From: Bdellovibrionales bacterium
GTDB taxonomy: Bacteria; Bdellovibrionota; Bdellovibrionia; Bdellovibrionales; UBA1609
Length of the DNA: 64,000 nucleotides
Assembly: GCA_965219095.1 (NCBI GenBank)
Contig: CBDCMT010000001.1
Location: 1,536,001 to 1,600,000, forward strand
Direction of reading: 5' to 3'
How positions within the stretch are numbered: the stretch's first letter is position 1; each line of letters begins with the position of its first letter. Position numbers and translations under genes: made by a program. Of this stretch, positions 11,638 to 22,483 are shown piece after piece. Under the pieces are notes generated by a model. The model ran no database searches, was not told where the DNA came from, and was given only the letters and a program-made list of their open reading frames with translations.

Positions 11638-12177
11638 ATGAAAACGAAATTAAAAATCATAATCCCATCTATTGTTTTTTCTATCATAGCTTGTAATAAC
11701 ACAGAGTTTATTAGAAGTCTTGATAGTGAAGACAAAGTCATCAAAGAACCTTTTGAGCCAAGCCCTTATCACAAATGTCCCCTTCACAAATGCTCTAATT
11801 TAGTTCGTTATGTACGAGTACAAAATTATCAAAACGGTGGTCTTATAGAAGAACGTAATCGTTCAAAAGATTTACTTGCTCGTTGTGATTTCGGCCCTGA
11901 GGGTACTATGAATCCTTGGCTCTCTGATCTCTGTAAAAAAAGTACAGAAACAAAAAACATAAAATCTACTAACTCTATAAAACAACCTCTCATAGAGGAA
12001 ACTTTTGTTTTAAGTTTTGAACCTGATCTCGATACTCTTGAAATTGAAATAATTCCCCGCATTCCCTATCTTCGTTATAGAGTTTCTGGAAATATTTTAG
12101 AATTCAATCAACTTTTACCTCTTAGCACTGAAGTTGTGATGTCCTATAAAATAAGTTCAGAAGAATTAGAAGAATAA
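11638..12177 (+). CDS. Putative lipoprotein, Cys-rich paralogue family (member 3)
   Basis: Lipobox IIAC; AGGAGG RBS; core nearly identical to member 1. Confidence 0.75.
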   Translation: MKTKLKIIIPSIVFSIIACNNTEFIRSLDSEDKVIKEPFEPSPYHKCPLHKCSNLVRYVRVQNYQNGGLIEERNRSKDLLARCDFGPEGTMNPWLSDLCKKSTETKNIKSTNSIKQPLIEETFVLSFEPDLDTLEIEIIPRIPYLRYRVSGNILEFNQLLPLSTEVVMSYKISSEELEE

Positions 12178-12212
12178 GACAGATAAACGGAAGTAAGAAG
12201 CAAGGCTTTATC

Positions 12213-12866
12213 TTATAAAACAAAAAACACATAGAGTGGTTGCAAGATAAAGCCTATACCTATAAAAAGTGAAAACAGAAGGCTTATTGTTTTCACTTTT
12301 TTTTCGTGTTTACTTCTATAAAAACCAAGGCTTGCTAAGGAAGAATGAAGACCGTGGTTTAGATGAAAAGTAAGTATTATCAAACATAAAACATAAAAAA
12401 TAACGTACTTTATATCTTGAAAAACATCTACTATAAGAGAAAAAAGATCTCTCATAACAACCCCTTCATACTTCACTTCATAATAGGCTCCATATTTAAA
12501 AGTAATAAGGTGTAGTATGACAAAAACAAAAACAACAAACCCTTGAGTCCATAAAGTTTTTTCTGAAAAACTTGTTTTTTTTTCCCCTGATGCTTGTATC
12601 TTGTAATCTATAGGTTTTGCTCTTTTGTTTTTTAGAGTGATTGTTAAAGCTATGTAAAAATGTAGCACAAAAATAACCAAAAGCCCTATTTCCACAACCT
12701 CTATCAAAGGATTAGAGACAAGCATGTGGCTATAAGTGTTGTAAGCCTCTGGGCCTAAGAAGAGGAGGAAATTTCCTGAAACATGACCTAAAACAAAAAG
12801 ACTTAGAACAAGACCTGTGAGTCCCATAATTTGCTTTTGACCAATTGTGCTTTTCCAATAACTCAT
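12213..12866 (-). CDS. sdhC: Succinate dehydrogenase cytochrome b subunit
   Basis: STIGQKQIMGLTG start, 5 TM segments with His ligands (GHVSGN, LHF, LHL, FHLNHG). Confidence 0.9.
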   Translation of the reverse strand: MSYWKSTIGQKQIMGLTGLVLSLFVLGHVSGNFLLFLGPEAYNTYSHMLVSNPLIEVVEIGLLVIFVLHFYIALTITLKNKRAKPIDYKIQASGEKKTSFSEKTLWTQGFVVFVFVILHLITFKYGAYYEVKYEGVVMRDLFSLIVDVFQDIKYVIFYVLCLIILTFHLNHGLHSSLASLGFYRSKHEKKVKTISLLFSLFIGIGFILQPLYVFFVL

Positions 12867-13054
12867 TCAAATCCAAATATAACAAAAGCACTTTAGTTTT
12901 GACAAGCTATCCCTCTTTTTTCTACCACATTCTTCACATTGCTTTCTTTTTTAAATCCTCTATATAATAATAAATCAAAAAACAAGAAACGTCTTGCTGC
13001 AGTTGTTCGAAAATGTTTTGATTTCTTCACAAAAAAGAGTTAGATTCTGAGCCT

Positions 13055-13828
13055 ATGGATCTTTTTGTAGCCATAAAACAAGTTCCTGATACAGAATCAA
13101 AAATCCAAATCTGTAGTGATGGATCTTCCATAGACACATCTCATATCAAATGGATTCTTAATCCTTATGATGAATTTGCTGTAGAGGAAGCTCTCAAGCT
13201 AAGAGAAAAACTCAACTGTCTTGTCAAGGTAATAACTCTTGGTCCTAAGGCACGCACAGTAGAGACTCTTAGGACAGCTCTGGCAATGGGTGCTGATGAA
13301 GCTATCGCCATTGATGCTCCAGAGGACACAGACCATTTCTCTACAGCTAAAGCTTTAAAATTAGCAATTAAAAAAGAAGGAAACTTTCATTATATTTTTA
13401 CAGGAACCCTCGCTATTGATGATAATATGTCAAGTGTAAGTCAAATGTTGGCTGAGTTTCTCAATATCCCCCACATTGTAGTAGTTTCACAGTTTGAAAA
13501 TCAAAAGAACACAGCTCTTATAACAAGAGATCTAGAGGGAGGGGAAAAAGAGATCTTAGAAGTTAAAGGTGCTTGCGTCGTAGGTGCAACAAAAGGTCTG
13601 AACACTCCTCGCTATGCAAGCCTTCCTGGCATCATGAAAGCTAAGAAAAAACCTCTTAAAGAGTACAGTCTTTCAGAGCTAGGAGTTACCGAATCAGACA
13701 GGAAAATTAGTTTCTCTCACTTTCAACTCCCTAAAGAAAAAAAACCTGTAAAGTTCCTTGAGGGAACCGCTCAACAACAGGCAGACCAACTTGTAGAGCT
13801 TTTAAAAACAGAGGATAAGGTTCTATAA
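13055..13828 (+). CDS. etfB: Electron transfer flavoprotein beta subunit
   Basis: IKQVPDT, NPYDEFAVEEAL, ALAMGAD and PRYASLPGIMKAKKKP motifs. Confidence 0.95.
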   Translation: MDLFVAIKQVPDTESKIQICSDGSSIDTSHIKWILNPYDEFAVEEALKLREKLNCLVKVITLGPKARTVETLRTALAMGADEAIAIDAPEDTDHFSTAKALKLAIKKEGNFHYIFTGTLAIDDNMSSVSQMLAEFLNIPHIVVVSQFENQKNTALITRDLEGGEKEILEVKGACVVGATKGLNTPRYASLPGIMKAKKKPLKEYSLSELGVTESDRKISFSHFQLPKEKKPVKFLEGTAQQQADQLVELLKTEDKVL

Positions 13829-13829
13829 A

Positions 13830-14792
13830 ATGTCAGAAGTCCTTATTTTTTGTGAAAACACTCAAGGTGAAATTAAAAAATCTTCTCTTGAACTACTATC
13901 TCTTTCCAAAAAATCAAACCTTCAATCTTCTGCTCTCGTCATAGGAAAAAATGAATCTCTCATTAAAAAGATTTTTGGTTACAATATAGAAACTATCTTC
14001 CACTGCAAAAAAAATCTTTCCCACAATCGAGAGGCTTTTTGTGAAGTTCTTATTAAAGCTATTAAAACCTCACAAGCTCACACCATCCTTGCTTCTTCAA
14101 CAAGCCTAACAAAAGATCTTTTCCCTAAAGTCAGTACCCACCTTGAAGCTGGTTTTGTTAGTGATGTCACAGATCTAGAATTTAAAGAAAAAGAACTTAT
14201 TGTAAGAAAACCCCTTTACTCTGGGAAGTGTTCTGCACAAGTAAACTTCCATAACACAGATTACAAGATCATTCTTATGAGACCCAATCAGTTAACCATC
14301 GAATCCTCTACCGAAGAAAGTGTTACTGAAATAAAAACCCTTTCTTCAGAGGAAAAAGAAAGCAAAATAACACTAAAAGAAGTTGTAAAGTCATCCCATT
14401 CTGAGAAATTTGATCTTACAGAAGCTAGTATTATTGTTTCAGGAGGAAGAGGTCTTCAAAACGCTGATAACTACAAAAAACTATTAGAGCCTTTAGCTGA
14501 GGCCCTTAATGCTTCTCTAGGAGCCTCTCGTGCTATTGTTGATTCCGGCTGGGTTAACCATGACATGCAAGTAGGGCAGACCGGTAAAACTGTAAGTCCC
14601 GACCTCTACATCGCTTGTGGCATCTCAGGGGCTATACAACATTTAGCAGGAATGGGAGACAGTAAAGTGATCGTGGCTATTAATAAGGACCCACAAGCTC
14701 CTCTCTTTAAAAAAGCCACTTATGGAATTGTGGGCGATCTCTTTGAAATTCTGCCCCTTTTAACAGAAACTCTTAAGAAATCCAAGACCTAA
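13830..14792 (+). CDS. etfA: Electron transfer flavoprotein alpha subunit
   Basis: VSGGRG, QVGQTGK, GISGAIQHLAGM and INKDPQAP motifs. Confidence 0.95.
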   Translation: MSEVLIFCENTQGEIKKSSLELLSLSKKSNLQSSALVIGKNESLIKKIFGYNIETIFHCKKNLSHNREAFCEVLIKAIKTSQAHTILASSTSLTKDLFPKVSTHLEAGFVSDVTDLEFKEKELIVRKPLYSGKCSAQVNFHNTDYKIILMRPNQLTIESSTEESVTEIKTLSSEEKESKITLKEVVKSSHSEKFDLTEASIIVSGGRGLQNADNYKKLLEPLAEALNASLGASRAIVDSGWVNHDMQVGQTGKTVSPDLYIACGISGAIQHLAGMGDSKVIVAINKDPQAPLFKKATYGIVGDLFEILPLLTETLKKSKT

Positions 14793-14893
14793 GTCCTAAG
14801 ACACTTTTTCTTTTTTGTAACAAACCTGAAAAATCATGATAAAATAGACCTTGTATTGAGAGAAATACCAAGAAAATAAAAAATGGGGGCTTT

Positions 14894-15712
14894 ATGAAAA
14901 ACATTCTTATTTTTACGATCACTTTCATCATACTAACTCTAGAAGCTTCTGCTTCTTTCATCACTGTAGGAGAAAAAACGATCACTTTAAAGGAGTTTAA
15001 AAGAAAATTTAACCAAACTAAGAATGCCATCAACCGACCTACACCTGAACAATTTTTAGAAGATCTCATTCGTTATGAAATAGGTATCCAAGAGGCTAGG
15101 AAAAAAAATCTTCAAAAGCATTCCTTCCTTAAAGACAGGATGAATCAAGAACTTTATAAAGTACTTCTTGAAACAGAATTAGGAGAAGAAATGAGAAACA
15201 TTCGTGTTACAAAAAGAGAAGTCAAAGCTGAGTACAAGAGAAGCCCTGAAATCAGAACAAGCCACATATTTTTTGAACTTCCTTCCAAGTCCACAAAAGC
15301 ACAAACTCTCTTTGTGAAAAAAAGAGCTCGTAGTATATTGAAAAAGGTTCTAAGAAGTAAAAAACCTTTCGAACAACTAGCTGTTTTGTATTCTGATGAT
15401 TCCATTTCGAAAATCGTAGGAGGCGATTTAGGATTTCAAACACGTCTATCTACAAACTCTCGTTATTATAACGTAGCTTTAAAGTTAAAAGTAGGAAGCA
15501 TCCACTCTAAACTTATTAGCACCCCCTACGGATTCCATATTGTAAAACTCACAGCAAAAAACTCTTACAAAAATGGAGACAAAAGGCACATACGAAGCCT
15601 TGTCTTTGAAAAGAAAAAACGAAAACTTTTTGATCGCTATTTTTCTAACCTCAAAAGAAACTACTCTATTAAACTCGATCCAAAAGCTATGAAAAAAATC
15701 AAATCTTTTTAA
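14894..15712 (+). CDS. Secreted parvulin/PpiC-type peptidyl-prolyl isomerase
   Basis: Signal peptide; TSHI, GGDLG and TPYGFHIVK motifs. Confidence 0.88.
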   Translation: MKNILIFTITFIILTLEASASFITVGEKTITLKEFKRKFNQTKNAINRPTPEQFLEDLIRYEIGIQEARKKNLQKHSFLKDRMNQELYKVLLETELGEEMRNIRVTKREVKAEYKRSPEIRTSHIFFELPSKSTKAQTLFVKKRARSILKKVLRSKKPFEQLAVLYSDDSISKIVGGDLGFQTRLSTNSRYYNVALKLKVGSIHSKLISTPYGFHIVKLTAKNSYKNGDKRHIRSLVFEKKKRKLFDRYFSNLKRNYSIKLDPKAMKKIKSF

Positions 15713-15735
15713 AGAGGTTTCCCTTCATTTGTAAA

Positions 15736-16656
15736 ATGAAAGTGCCTCTTGCACTTTTTAGTTTGCTTTTCTTTATAGGTTGCGAGAAAACTCAACCTCT
15801 TGTCATAAGTAAAGTCGGTAATACTCATGTTTTAGGAGAAAAAGAGTTTTTGTCTCGCTTAAAAAGAGAGCTTAGAGTTTACAATCCTATAGCTCTCAAA
15901 GACCCTAAAACAATCGAAAGAGCTCAAGATAAAGTGATCTTAGATTTTATTAGAGAAAGTTTTTTGCAGAAATGGGCTCATGAAAATAATATTTTTATCA
16001 CACATAAAAACTTAAAAGAGGAGATTCGGAAAATAAAAAAAGAATACAATTCTGAAAAGTCTTTTTACGAAACACTGAGGAAAAAGAACCTTTCTTTTGG
16101 GGAATGGAGAAGACAGATCAGAGTTTCTTTGATTGAAAAAAAACTTTTTGAAATGCTTCATAAAACCATTCCTCCAGTAAAGGATCAACAACTTATAAGA
16201 TTTTATAAAAAGAATAGGAAAGACTTTAAATTACCCAAAAGAATCGCTTTAAGACAAATTCTCATGCCTTCTTTAGAAAAGGCCAACATCGTTTTGAGAC
16301 AAATCAAAAGAAGTGTTATTTCATTTGAAAAAGCCATGGAATATTATCCTCACTCTCAACTCCTCTTCTGGATTTATGAAACTGAGAAGGGTCCTTTTGA
16401 AAAGGCTTTTTTTATGAAAATAGGACAAGTGGGACTTGCAAAAAGTCATAAGGGCTTTCATGTGTTTAAAGTCATAAAAAAAAGGGCATTTTCTTATCAG
16501 GTCTTTCAAAAAGTGAAGGGGAAAATTAAAAAAACACTGACTGAAAAAGATCTTAAACATGCTTACAAAAAATGGCTTAAAAAACAACTTCAAAGCACCC
16601 CTGTCTTTAAAAATAAAGCTATCTTAAAAAGTCTTATTTTAAAGCAAGTCTCTTAG
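15736..16656 (+). CDS. PrsA/SurA-like foldase lipoprotein
   Basis: Lipobox FIGC; SurA_N-like helices; LRQIL...KGFHVFKV parvulin remnant. Confidence 0.78.
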   Translation: MKVPLALFSLLFFIGCEKTQPLVISKVGNTHVLGEKEFLSRLKRELRVYNPIALKDPKTIERAQDKVILDFIRESFLQKWAHENNIFITHKNLKEEIRKIKKEYNSEKSFYETLRKKNLSFGEWRRQIRVSLIEKKLFEMLHKTIPPVKDQQLIRFYKKNRKDFKLPKRIALRQILMPSLEKANIVLRQIKRSVISFEKAMEYYPHSQLLFWIYETEKGPFEKAFFMKIGQVGLAKSHKGFHVFKVIKKRAFSYQVFQKVKGKIKKTLTEKDLKHAYKKWLKKQLQSTPVFKNKAILKSLILKQVS

Positions 16657-16755
16657 AAGGGGTTTTCGTTTCTAAAACAAAAAAGGAAGGCCTTCTTCTT
16701 TATGACCAAACTCCTACTAGACAAGAGAGATTTTTTCTTGTAGAACAAAGAAAGT

Positions 16756-17697
16756 ATGAAAAAACTCATTCTTCTCACACTCTTAATAGCTCCTTTTATG
16801 TTAACGTCTTTGAACGTGAAGGCTCAAGTTGTAGAACGCATCCTAGCTATCGTTAACAACAAACCTATTCTTCTATCAGATTTGAGAGCCTATAAAAATA
16901 AACTCCTTTACGAAAGGGCTCTCGTAGAACCTAGTTTGCTTTTTATAACAGACCCCGATAAGCTGATAACAAACCCTAAAGCTCTCCTTGATCATTTGAT
17001 CAACGAAAGCCTTCTTGACCAAGAAATTAAGAGAAAAAATATCACAGTTTCCGAAAGAGACATTATAAACAGTATCAAACAAGTCTCTCAATCACAGGGA
17101 CTTACCTTGAAAGAGTTCTTAAAAAGACTTAAAGCTGAAGGCATATCGACAAAAGCTTTCCGAATTCATGCTAAGAAATCTCTCGAAAGAAAATCTTTTT
17201 TTAGAAAAGTAATTCAACCTAGAATACAAATTACAGAAAAAGATCTTAAAAAAGAGGTTAGAAAAACAAAAAAAAAGATAGTCTACGTTCTCTCACATAT
17301 GATTATTTCTGATAAAGAGGGTGAACTTAAAGCTGAAGAAAAAGCTAAACAGGTTTACGAAAAGGTAAAAGCAAAACCACAAAACTTTGATCTCATAGCA
17401 AAAGATTATGCTGATAATCCTAACACAAAGCTAGGAGCTTTCTCTCTTGAAGACATCCGACAAGAGTTAAGACCTCTTATCAAAAACCTCAGAAAAGGTC
17501 AAATTTCAAAACTCATAAGACTACAAAATGGGTACTTTCAAATACTTAAACTCAATGATAAAAAGAATATAAAAGATAAAAGAAAAAATAGAACACTCCA
17601 AGCAAGAGAAGTTTTAATGCAAAAGTACGGAATTAAAGAATTAAAGAAGTGGTTAGAAGAAAAAAGGCAGGTCTCTTTCGTTAAAATCAACTCATGA
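16756..17697 (+). CDS. surA: SurA-like periplasmic chaperone/PPIase
   Basis: Signal peptide then VVERILAIVNNKPILLSDL; single parvulin domain. Confidence 0.75.
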   Translation: MKKLILLTLLIAPFMLTSLNVKAQVVERILAIVNNKPILLSDLRAYKNKLLYERALVEPSLLFITDPDKLITNPKALLDHLINESLLDQEIKRKNITVSERDIINSIKQVSQSQGLTLKEFLKRLKAEGISTKAFRIHAKKSLERKSFFRKVIQPRIQITEKDLKKEVRKTKKKIVYVLSHMIISDKEGELKAEEKAKQVYEKVKAKPQNFDLIAKDYADNPNTKLGAFSLEDIRQELRPLIKNLRKGQISKLIRLQNGYFQILKLNDKKNIKDKRKNRTLQAREVLMQKYGIKELKKWLEEKRQVSFVKINS

Positions 17698-19094
17698 AAT
17701 TCTCTCCTCATATCTTTAGAGAATATGATATAAGGGGAGTCTATAATAAAGATTTTGATCTTAGTTTTTGTGAACATCTTTGTTTTTCTTTTGCTGAACT
17801 TGTAAAAACACAATTCAACATAAAATCTCCTAAGATAAGCCTAGGAAGAGACATCCGTCTTTCAAGCCCTGAGATACAAACAGCTGCTATTAGTGGTTTT
17901 TTGAAAAATAAAGCTCAAGTTATAAAAATAGGCCCTTGCACAACTCCTCTTTCTTATTTCTCCTTAAAACATCTTAAGCTTGATGCTTCCTGCATGATCA
18001 CAGCCAGCCACAACCCTAAAGAGTTTAATGGTTTTAAATTTTCAATTAAAGACACTTTCTTTTATGGAGAAAAAATACAAATGCTTCGTCAACACTTAGA
18101 AAGGTCTTCTCTTATAGATAAATTAGCCCCCAAAGGACTTAAGAAAGAAGCTAGAAAAGAGGTCATATACGCTTATATTAATAATTACAGAAAAGAATTT
18201 CATTTTCATGAAGGCTGTTTAAACATAGTTCTAGATTGTGGGAACGGAACAAGTGGCCTTATAGCAAGAAAGCTTTTCACATCTTTGGGCCTAAAACCTC
18301 ATATTCTCTTTGAAAAACCTGACGGCAACTTCCCTAACCATCACCCTGATCCTAGTGTTGAAGAGAATCTAAGAGATTTAAAAATAGAGGTCTTAAAAAC
18401 TAAAGCTCATATAGGTCTTGCTTTTGACGGAGATTGCGACAGACTTGGCCTTGTTGATGAAAAAGGAGCTATGATTCCTATGGATAGACTCTTAGCACTT
18501 TACAGTCGTTTTGTTTTAAAAACACATCCAAAAGCTAAAATTGTTGCTGATGTGAAGTGCTCTGATGTTCTCTTTTCTGAAATTGAAAGACATGGTGGAA
18601 AAGCCATTATGTGGAAAACAGGACACAGTCTTATCAAACAAAAAATACGAGAAGAAAAATCTCCCTTTGGAGGAGAACTTAGCGGACACATTTTTTTCAA
18701 TGATAGAAGGGAAAGTTTTGATGACGCCTTTTATGCCGCCCTTAGGCTCCTTGAAGTCCTTCACATCAATAAAAACCCAATAAGTTCTTTAATGGCTTCT
18801 ATTCCTAAATCCATTAACACTCCTGAGATTCGTATAGAAACAACAGAGGAGAAAAAAAGAGAAATTACTGAAAGGATCATCAAACAAATAAAAAAAAGTT
18901 CTCTCCGAGAAAACACATGTTTTCTTGATGGAGTACGCATACGTTTTGAAGAAGGCTCTTGGGCTTTGATACGTCCTTCTAACACACAGGCCATACTTGT
19001 TTTAAGATTTGAAGCTAAAACAAAAGAAAAGTTAGAAAATATAAAATCACAAGTCAAATCTTGGATTCCTAGCGAGTTTCATAAGTTTTTTTAA
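17694..19094 (+). CDS. Phosphomannomutase/phosphoglucomutase
   Basis: IFREYDIRG, ITASHNP, FDGDCDR and GELSGH motifs. Confidence 0.95.
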   Translation: MKFSPHIFREYDIRGVYNKDFDLSFCEHLCFSFAELVKTQFNIKSPKISLGRDIRLSSPEIQTAAISGFLKNKAQVIKIGPCTTPLSYFSLKHLKLDASCMITASHNPKEFNGFKFSIKDTFFYGEKIQMLRQHLERSSLIDKLAPKGLKKEARKEVIYAYINNYRKEFHFHEGCLNIVLDCGNGTSGLIARKLFTSLGLKPHILFEKPDGNFPNHHPDPSVEENLRDLKIEVLKTKAHIGLAFDGDCDRLGLVDEKGAMIPMDRLLALYSRFVLKTHPKAKIVADVKCSDVLFSEIERHGGKAIMWKTGHSLIKQKIREEKSPFGGELSGHIFFNDRRESFDDAFYAALRLLEVLHINKNPISSLMASIPKSINTPEIRIETTEEKKREITERIIKQIKKSSLRENTCFLDGVRIRFEEGSWALIRPSNTQAILVLRFEAKTKEKLENIKSQVKSWIPSEFHKFF

Positions 19095-19247
19095 CTAATA
19101 TTTCCAAAAATTAATTCGACATTTTTTTAACGCATAGCCTCCTGGCTTTTTGATCAAACTCTGTTACATTTTTAGCCTCCTCAAAAGAATCTGTGGGTTC
19201 CCGGAGGTTCTTTTGTAAGTCGGTTTCTTAACAGCCCTTGACTTCTA
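19095..19247. mobile_element. IS630A end relic followed by part of an ISL3-IR MITE
   Basis: Degenerate IS630A end (19095-19174); ISL3 IR from 19175 followed by a core shared with 34064-34097 and 62495-62528. Confidence 0.7.
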
Positions 19248-21920
19248 CTGAACTTCTTCTTCTGTGAAGTTTTCTTTTGTAGGGACTTAATGTTTTACTC
19301 ATTCCCCCAATATGAACATTAACTCCCGAAGGATGATGCTCTTTGCCACGATAACCTTTATCTACATACAAATTTTTTGCCTTAACCTTTGTTAAGGATT
19401 CAACTTGAGATAAGGCTGGCTTTAAACTGTGAACATCTGATACATTTTTTTCAAATGACTTTACCCCTAAAACCCAGCAATTTTTTGATGAAGTTGCCAC
19501 ACTCACCTTATTGCCAAATTCATATTTTTTATGGGCTTTGCCCTTCCCTATGCAATAAACCTCAGGAGCATGAACACTATACACCTTGTTCTTATCCCCT
19601 CTTTTTTGGTTATAAATTCTTACACATAAAGATAAACATCTTTTTAAAGATGTATTCTCTTCCAAGAACTTAGGACCTCCTTTTCTTGTAACATCTCTTA
19701 TCACACGACCTAGATAAGTATGAAGCTTTCTTTGCTGTTTTCTTGCTAAACGTATTTTTCTTGTATGAGCATAACGAGCATTCTTAAACAAACACTCCTT
19801 GGCCTTTCTTTTATAGCTTTGACGTAAAACTAAACCCTCTTTTTTAGCCCTGTGAACTAAAGTCTTTAAAGCTTTGTAATAAAGACGGCTGTCTGTAGGA
19901 AAAGCTATTGCTTTCTCTTGAACAGTTGTATCAACAACTACATTCTCAAACTCTTTTTTTTTTACAAAATCCTCTCTCAAAGCTAAATCAATGGTTTCCT
20001 CTAAGAGAACTTCTATCTTCTCAGCCCCCATCCTCTTTCTCCAGTTAGTCAATGAACTTCTATCACAGGGATCTTCATAAGAATAAAAAGGCTGACCACA
20101 AAAATACTGCCATTGAGGACTCTCTTTGAACATTTCTATTGTCTTCTCGTCACTTAAATTATAAATGTATTTCAAGCACTGAAGTCCCACCATTAAACGA
20201 GTTGAAAGACCTGGACGACCTTTTTTTTCATCATACTTCGAACCAAAATCTTTATCAAAACGATCCCAGTCTATTTTATTAGCTAAAATGACAAGCGGAT
20301 GCTTCTTATGAACAATGTCGTTTATACCAATTACAGAAATTAATTCGACATTTTCATGTTCAAATTTAAAATTTTAAAATTGACTTAAGGAAAAGTTTCA
20401 GTTAGGAGGTTTTAAAAAAACTTCTTTTAAGGTGAGTTTAAGTTTTCATAAGATAAGTTTATTTCAGGTATATCTATTTGTTGTGTGAATCGATTGATGG
20501 GTTAAAATAAGTGAAAAAGTGAGGGTAAAATTTAAAATGACAAAAATCAGTTAAACAATTTAATTTATAGGTTCAAATTAATTTACAAGCTTGATTCATC
20601 TTGTTGTTTTGCCCAAGATCGAGTGCATAATTTTTTAATCCTGCCCTCCTGATCGCAAAAAGTATTCCAGGCCTCACAACAAGTATTCAGTATATGGTCA
20701 TAGTTTTTAAAACATGCATTCGATAATTTGATCCTTCGTAATTGTTGCCAGACTTGTTCCATGGGATTTAATTCTGGACTATAAGGAGGTAAAGGCATCA
20801 TGGATAAATTCTTAGGAACTATCAAAGTCTCTGTGGTATGCCAACTGGCTCTGTCCATTAAAACAATTCCATGATAGTTTTCTTGAATATTTTTAGATAT
20901 CTCATCTAAGTGAATTTGCATCATCCCTGAATTACATTCCGGTAAAATCCAAGCACAGCCTTTATCTTTATCCGGACAAACTGCTCCAAAAATATAAGTG
21001 GATAAAAATTGTCTTTGCCTCACAACTCTAGGCCGTGTGCCTTTTCTTGCCCAAATCCTGCTCAAAGAACCTTGCTGAGCTTATTCTGCATTCATCCTGC
21101 CACCAAATCTCTATTTTATGAGTCTGAATCTTTTCTTTTATTTTCTCCACCTCTTCTGGAAAATGTTCCTTAAACTGTTCCATAGCTTCTTAATGAACTT
21201 TTAGGATGAAGAGAACGACCACTGATCCATACAATATTAAGGCGGTCTAAAGAAACATAAACCCCAGAAAGAGAATAGCAACAGTCAAATTCATCTGCTA
21301 AAAGTTTCTGTATTTCCTTTGCTCCTATGCTTCCTCCCTCTCTTTTGTCTTGAATTTCATCTAACTTGATTTTGAAGTTCTCCTCTTCTGTCACTGGCAA
21401 ACGAGGCTTGCGTCCTCTGCCTTCTCGATCTATCAATCCCTCGTAATCAAAGTCTACAAAAAAAGACTGTAACCAGGATTTGATACTGTGACGGTGATAC
21501 AAAACCATACCTGCTGTTTCTTGAATCGATTTTCCTTCTTGCATATGCTGCAAAGCCAATAATTTTGTCTTGATGTTGGCACTTCTTTCTACTTTGTAAG
21601 TAGCCAGAAAATCATACCCTTGAATCTGTGTAACTAAATCTTTTTTCGACATGACTCTAAAAATTTAACAGAGTTTTATCAAAAAGCCAGGACGCAATGA
21701 GTTAAAAAAATGTCGAATTAATTTTTGGAAATGGTATTACTCTAAAATTAAGAGGGCTTCTCTTTTGTGTGCTGAACATGTCTTTTGGCCTCATCTTTTT
21801 TCCTTTCTGTTTTGCAAGGTTTTTTATCTGTTTTTTCATTTCCTTGCAATTATTTTCATGCAAAAATTACAAAAAAACAAGTGTTTTTAGCTGCTTATGC
21901 ATTTTTCACGTTCGACTAAG
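19248..21920 (-). mobile_element. IS5-family (IS5 subgroup) element, interrupted by IS630 and 3'-truncated
   Basis: Transposase starts at ATG 21794 (MRPKDMFS...HPLVILANKIDW) and rejoins in frame once IS630 is removed; VDTTVQEKAIAFPTD, CIGKGKAHKKYEFG and VDKGYRG motifs; breaks off after RRRSSVE. Confidence 0.88.
20325..21736 (-). mobile_element. IS630-family element type A (1412 bp), transposase frameshifted
   Basis: TACCA...TGGTA IRs with TTA flanks; ORFs 21170-21652 and 20583-21065. Confidence 0.93.
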
Positions 21921-22314
21921 TAGCTTATGTCTTCGTATGGTTTTTGCTTCTCTTTTCATAGGTTCAATTTTTGAAAGCATGACTCGTCTCGTCCAACTGT
22001 CTATAAATTTACCAGCCCAAGTTGGTGGAACATAGGTCCATAACTGTCGGAAGTCTTCTTTTAAAAAATAACAGCGGATACTTTTTAAATTGTACTGTAT
22101 TAAATGCCTTAATTTTACTTTTTCATAAGATTTTAAATTTTCTGCATTTTTTAACAAGGGCCATCTAGCTTTTGTTAAAAGGGGTTCATACCCGTCTTCT
22201 TTCATTTTTTTGTGTTCTGAAGCTCTCACTTCATCTAAAGCCTTATTGAGTCTTGCTACGATATGAAACCGATCTAATATGTGTAAAGCTCCACTTGCCC
22301 TCTCCTTTATGACT
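21917..22314 (-). pseudogene. ISL3 transposase internal fragment
   Basis: Near-identical to about 5411-5808. Confidence 0.9.
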
Positions 22315-22483
22315 CATATGGATGACCAGACAGTCAAGCAAGAAAAGTAAGTCATTGACAAAAAAGTTTTTCAAAAATGAGTCTTCTGTACTATCAACCT
22401 CATATCCGCATGCTGGTTAACGCATTAAGATGACACGAAAGAGCTTTGCCCCTTAGTCTTTTTTCAATGACTTTGCTATGTTA

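Noticed and set aside
10572..11938. Diversity-generating retroelement TR/VR pair
   Set aside because: The two mismatches are T/C, not at adenines; both copies are mid-gene; no reverse transcriptase in the window
22315..22483. Possible further IS end
   Set aside because: Abrupt junction with ISL3, but no partner IR or recognisable transposase
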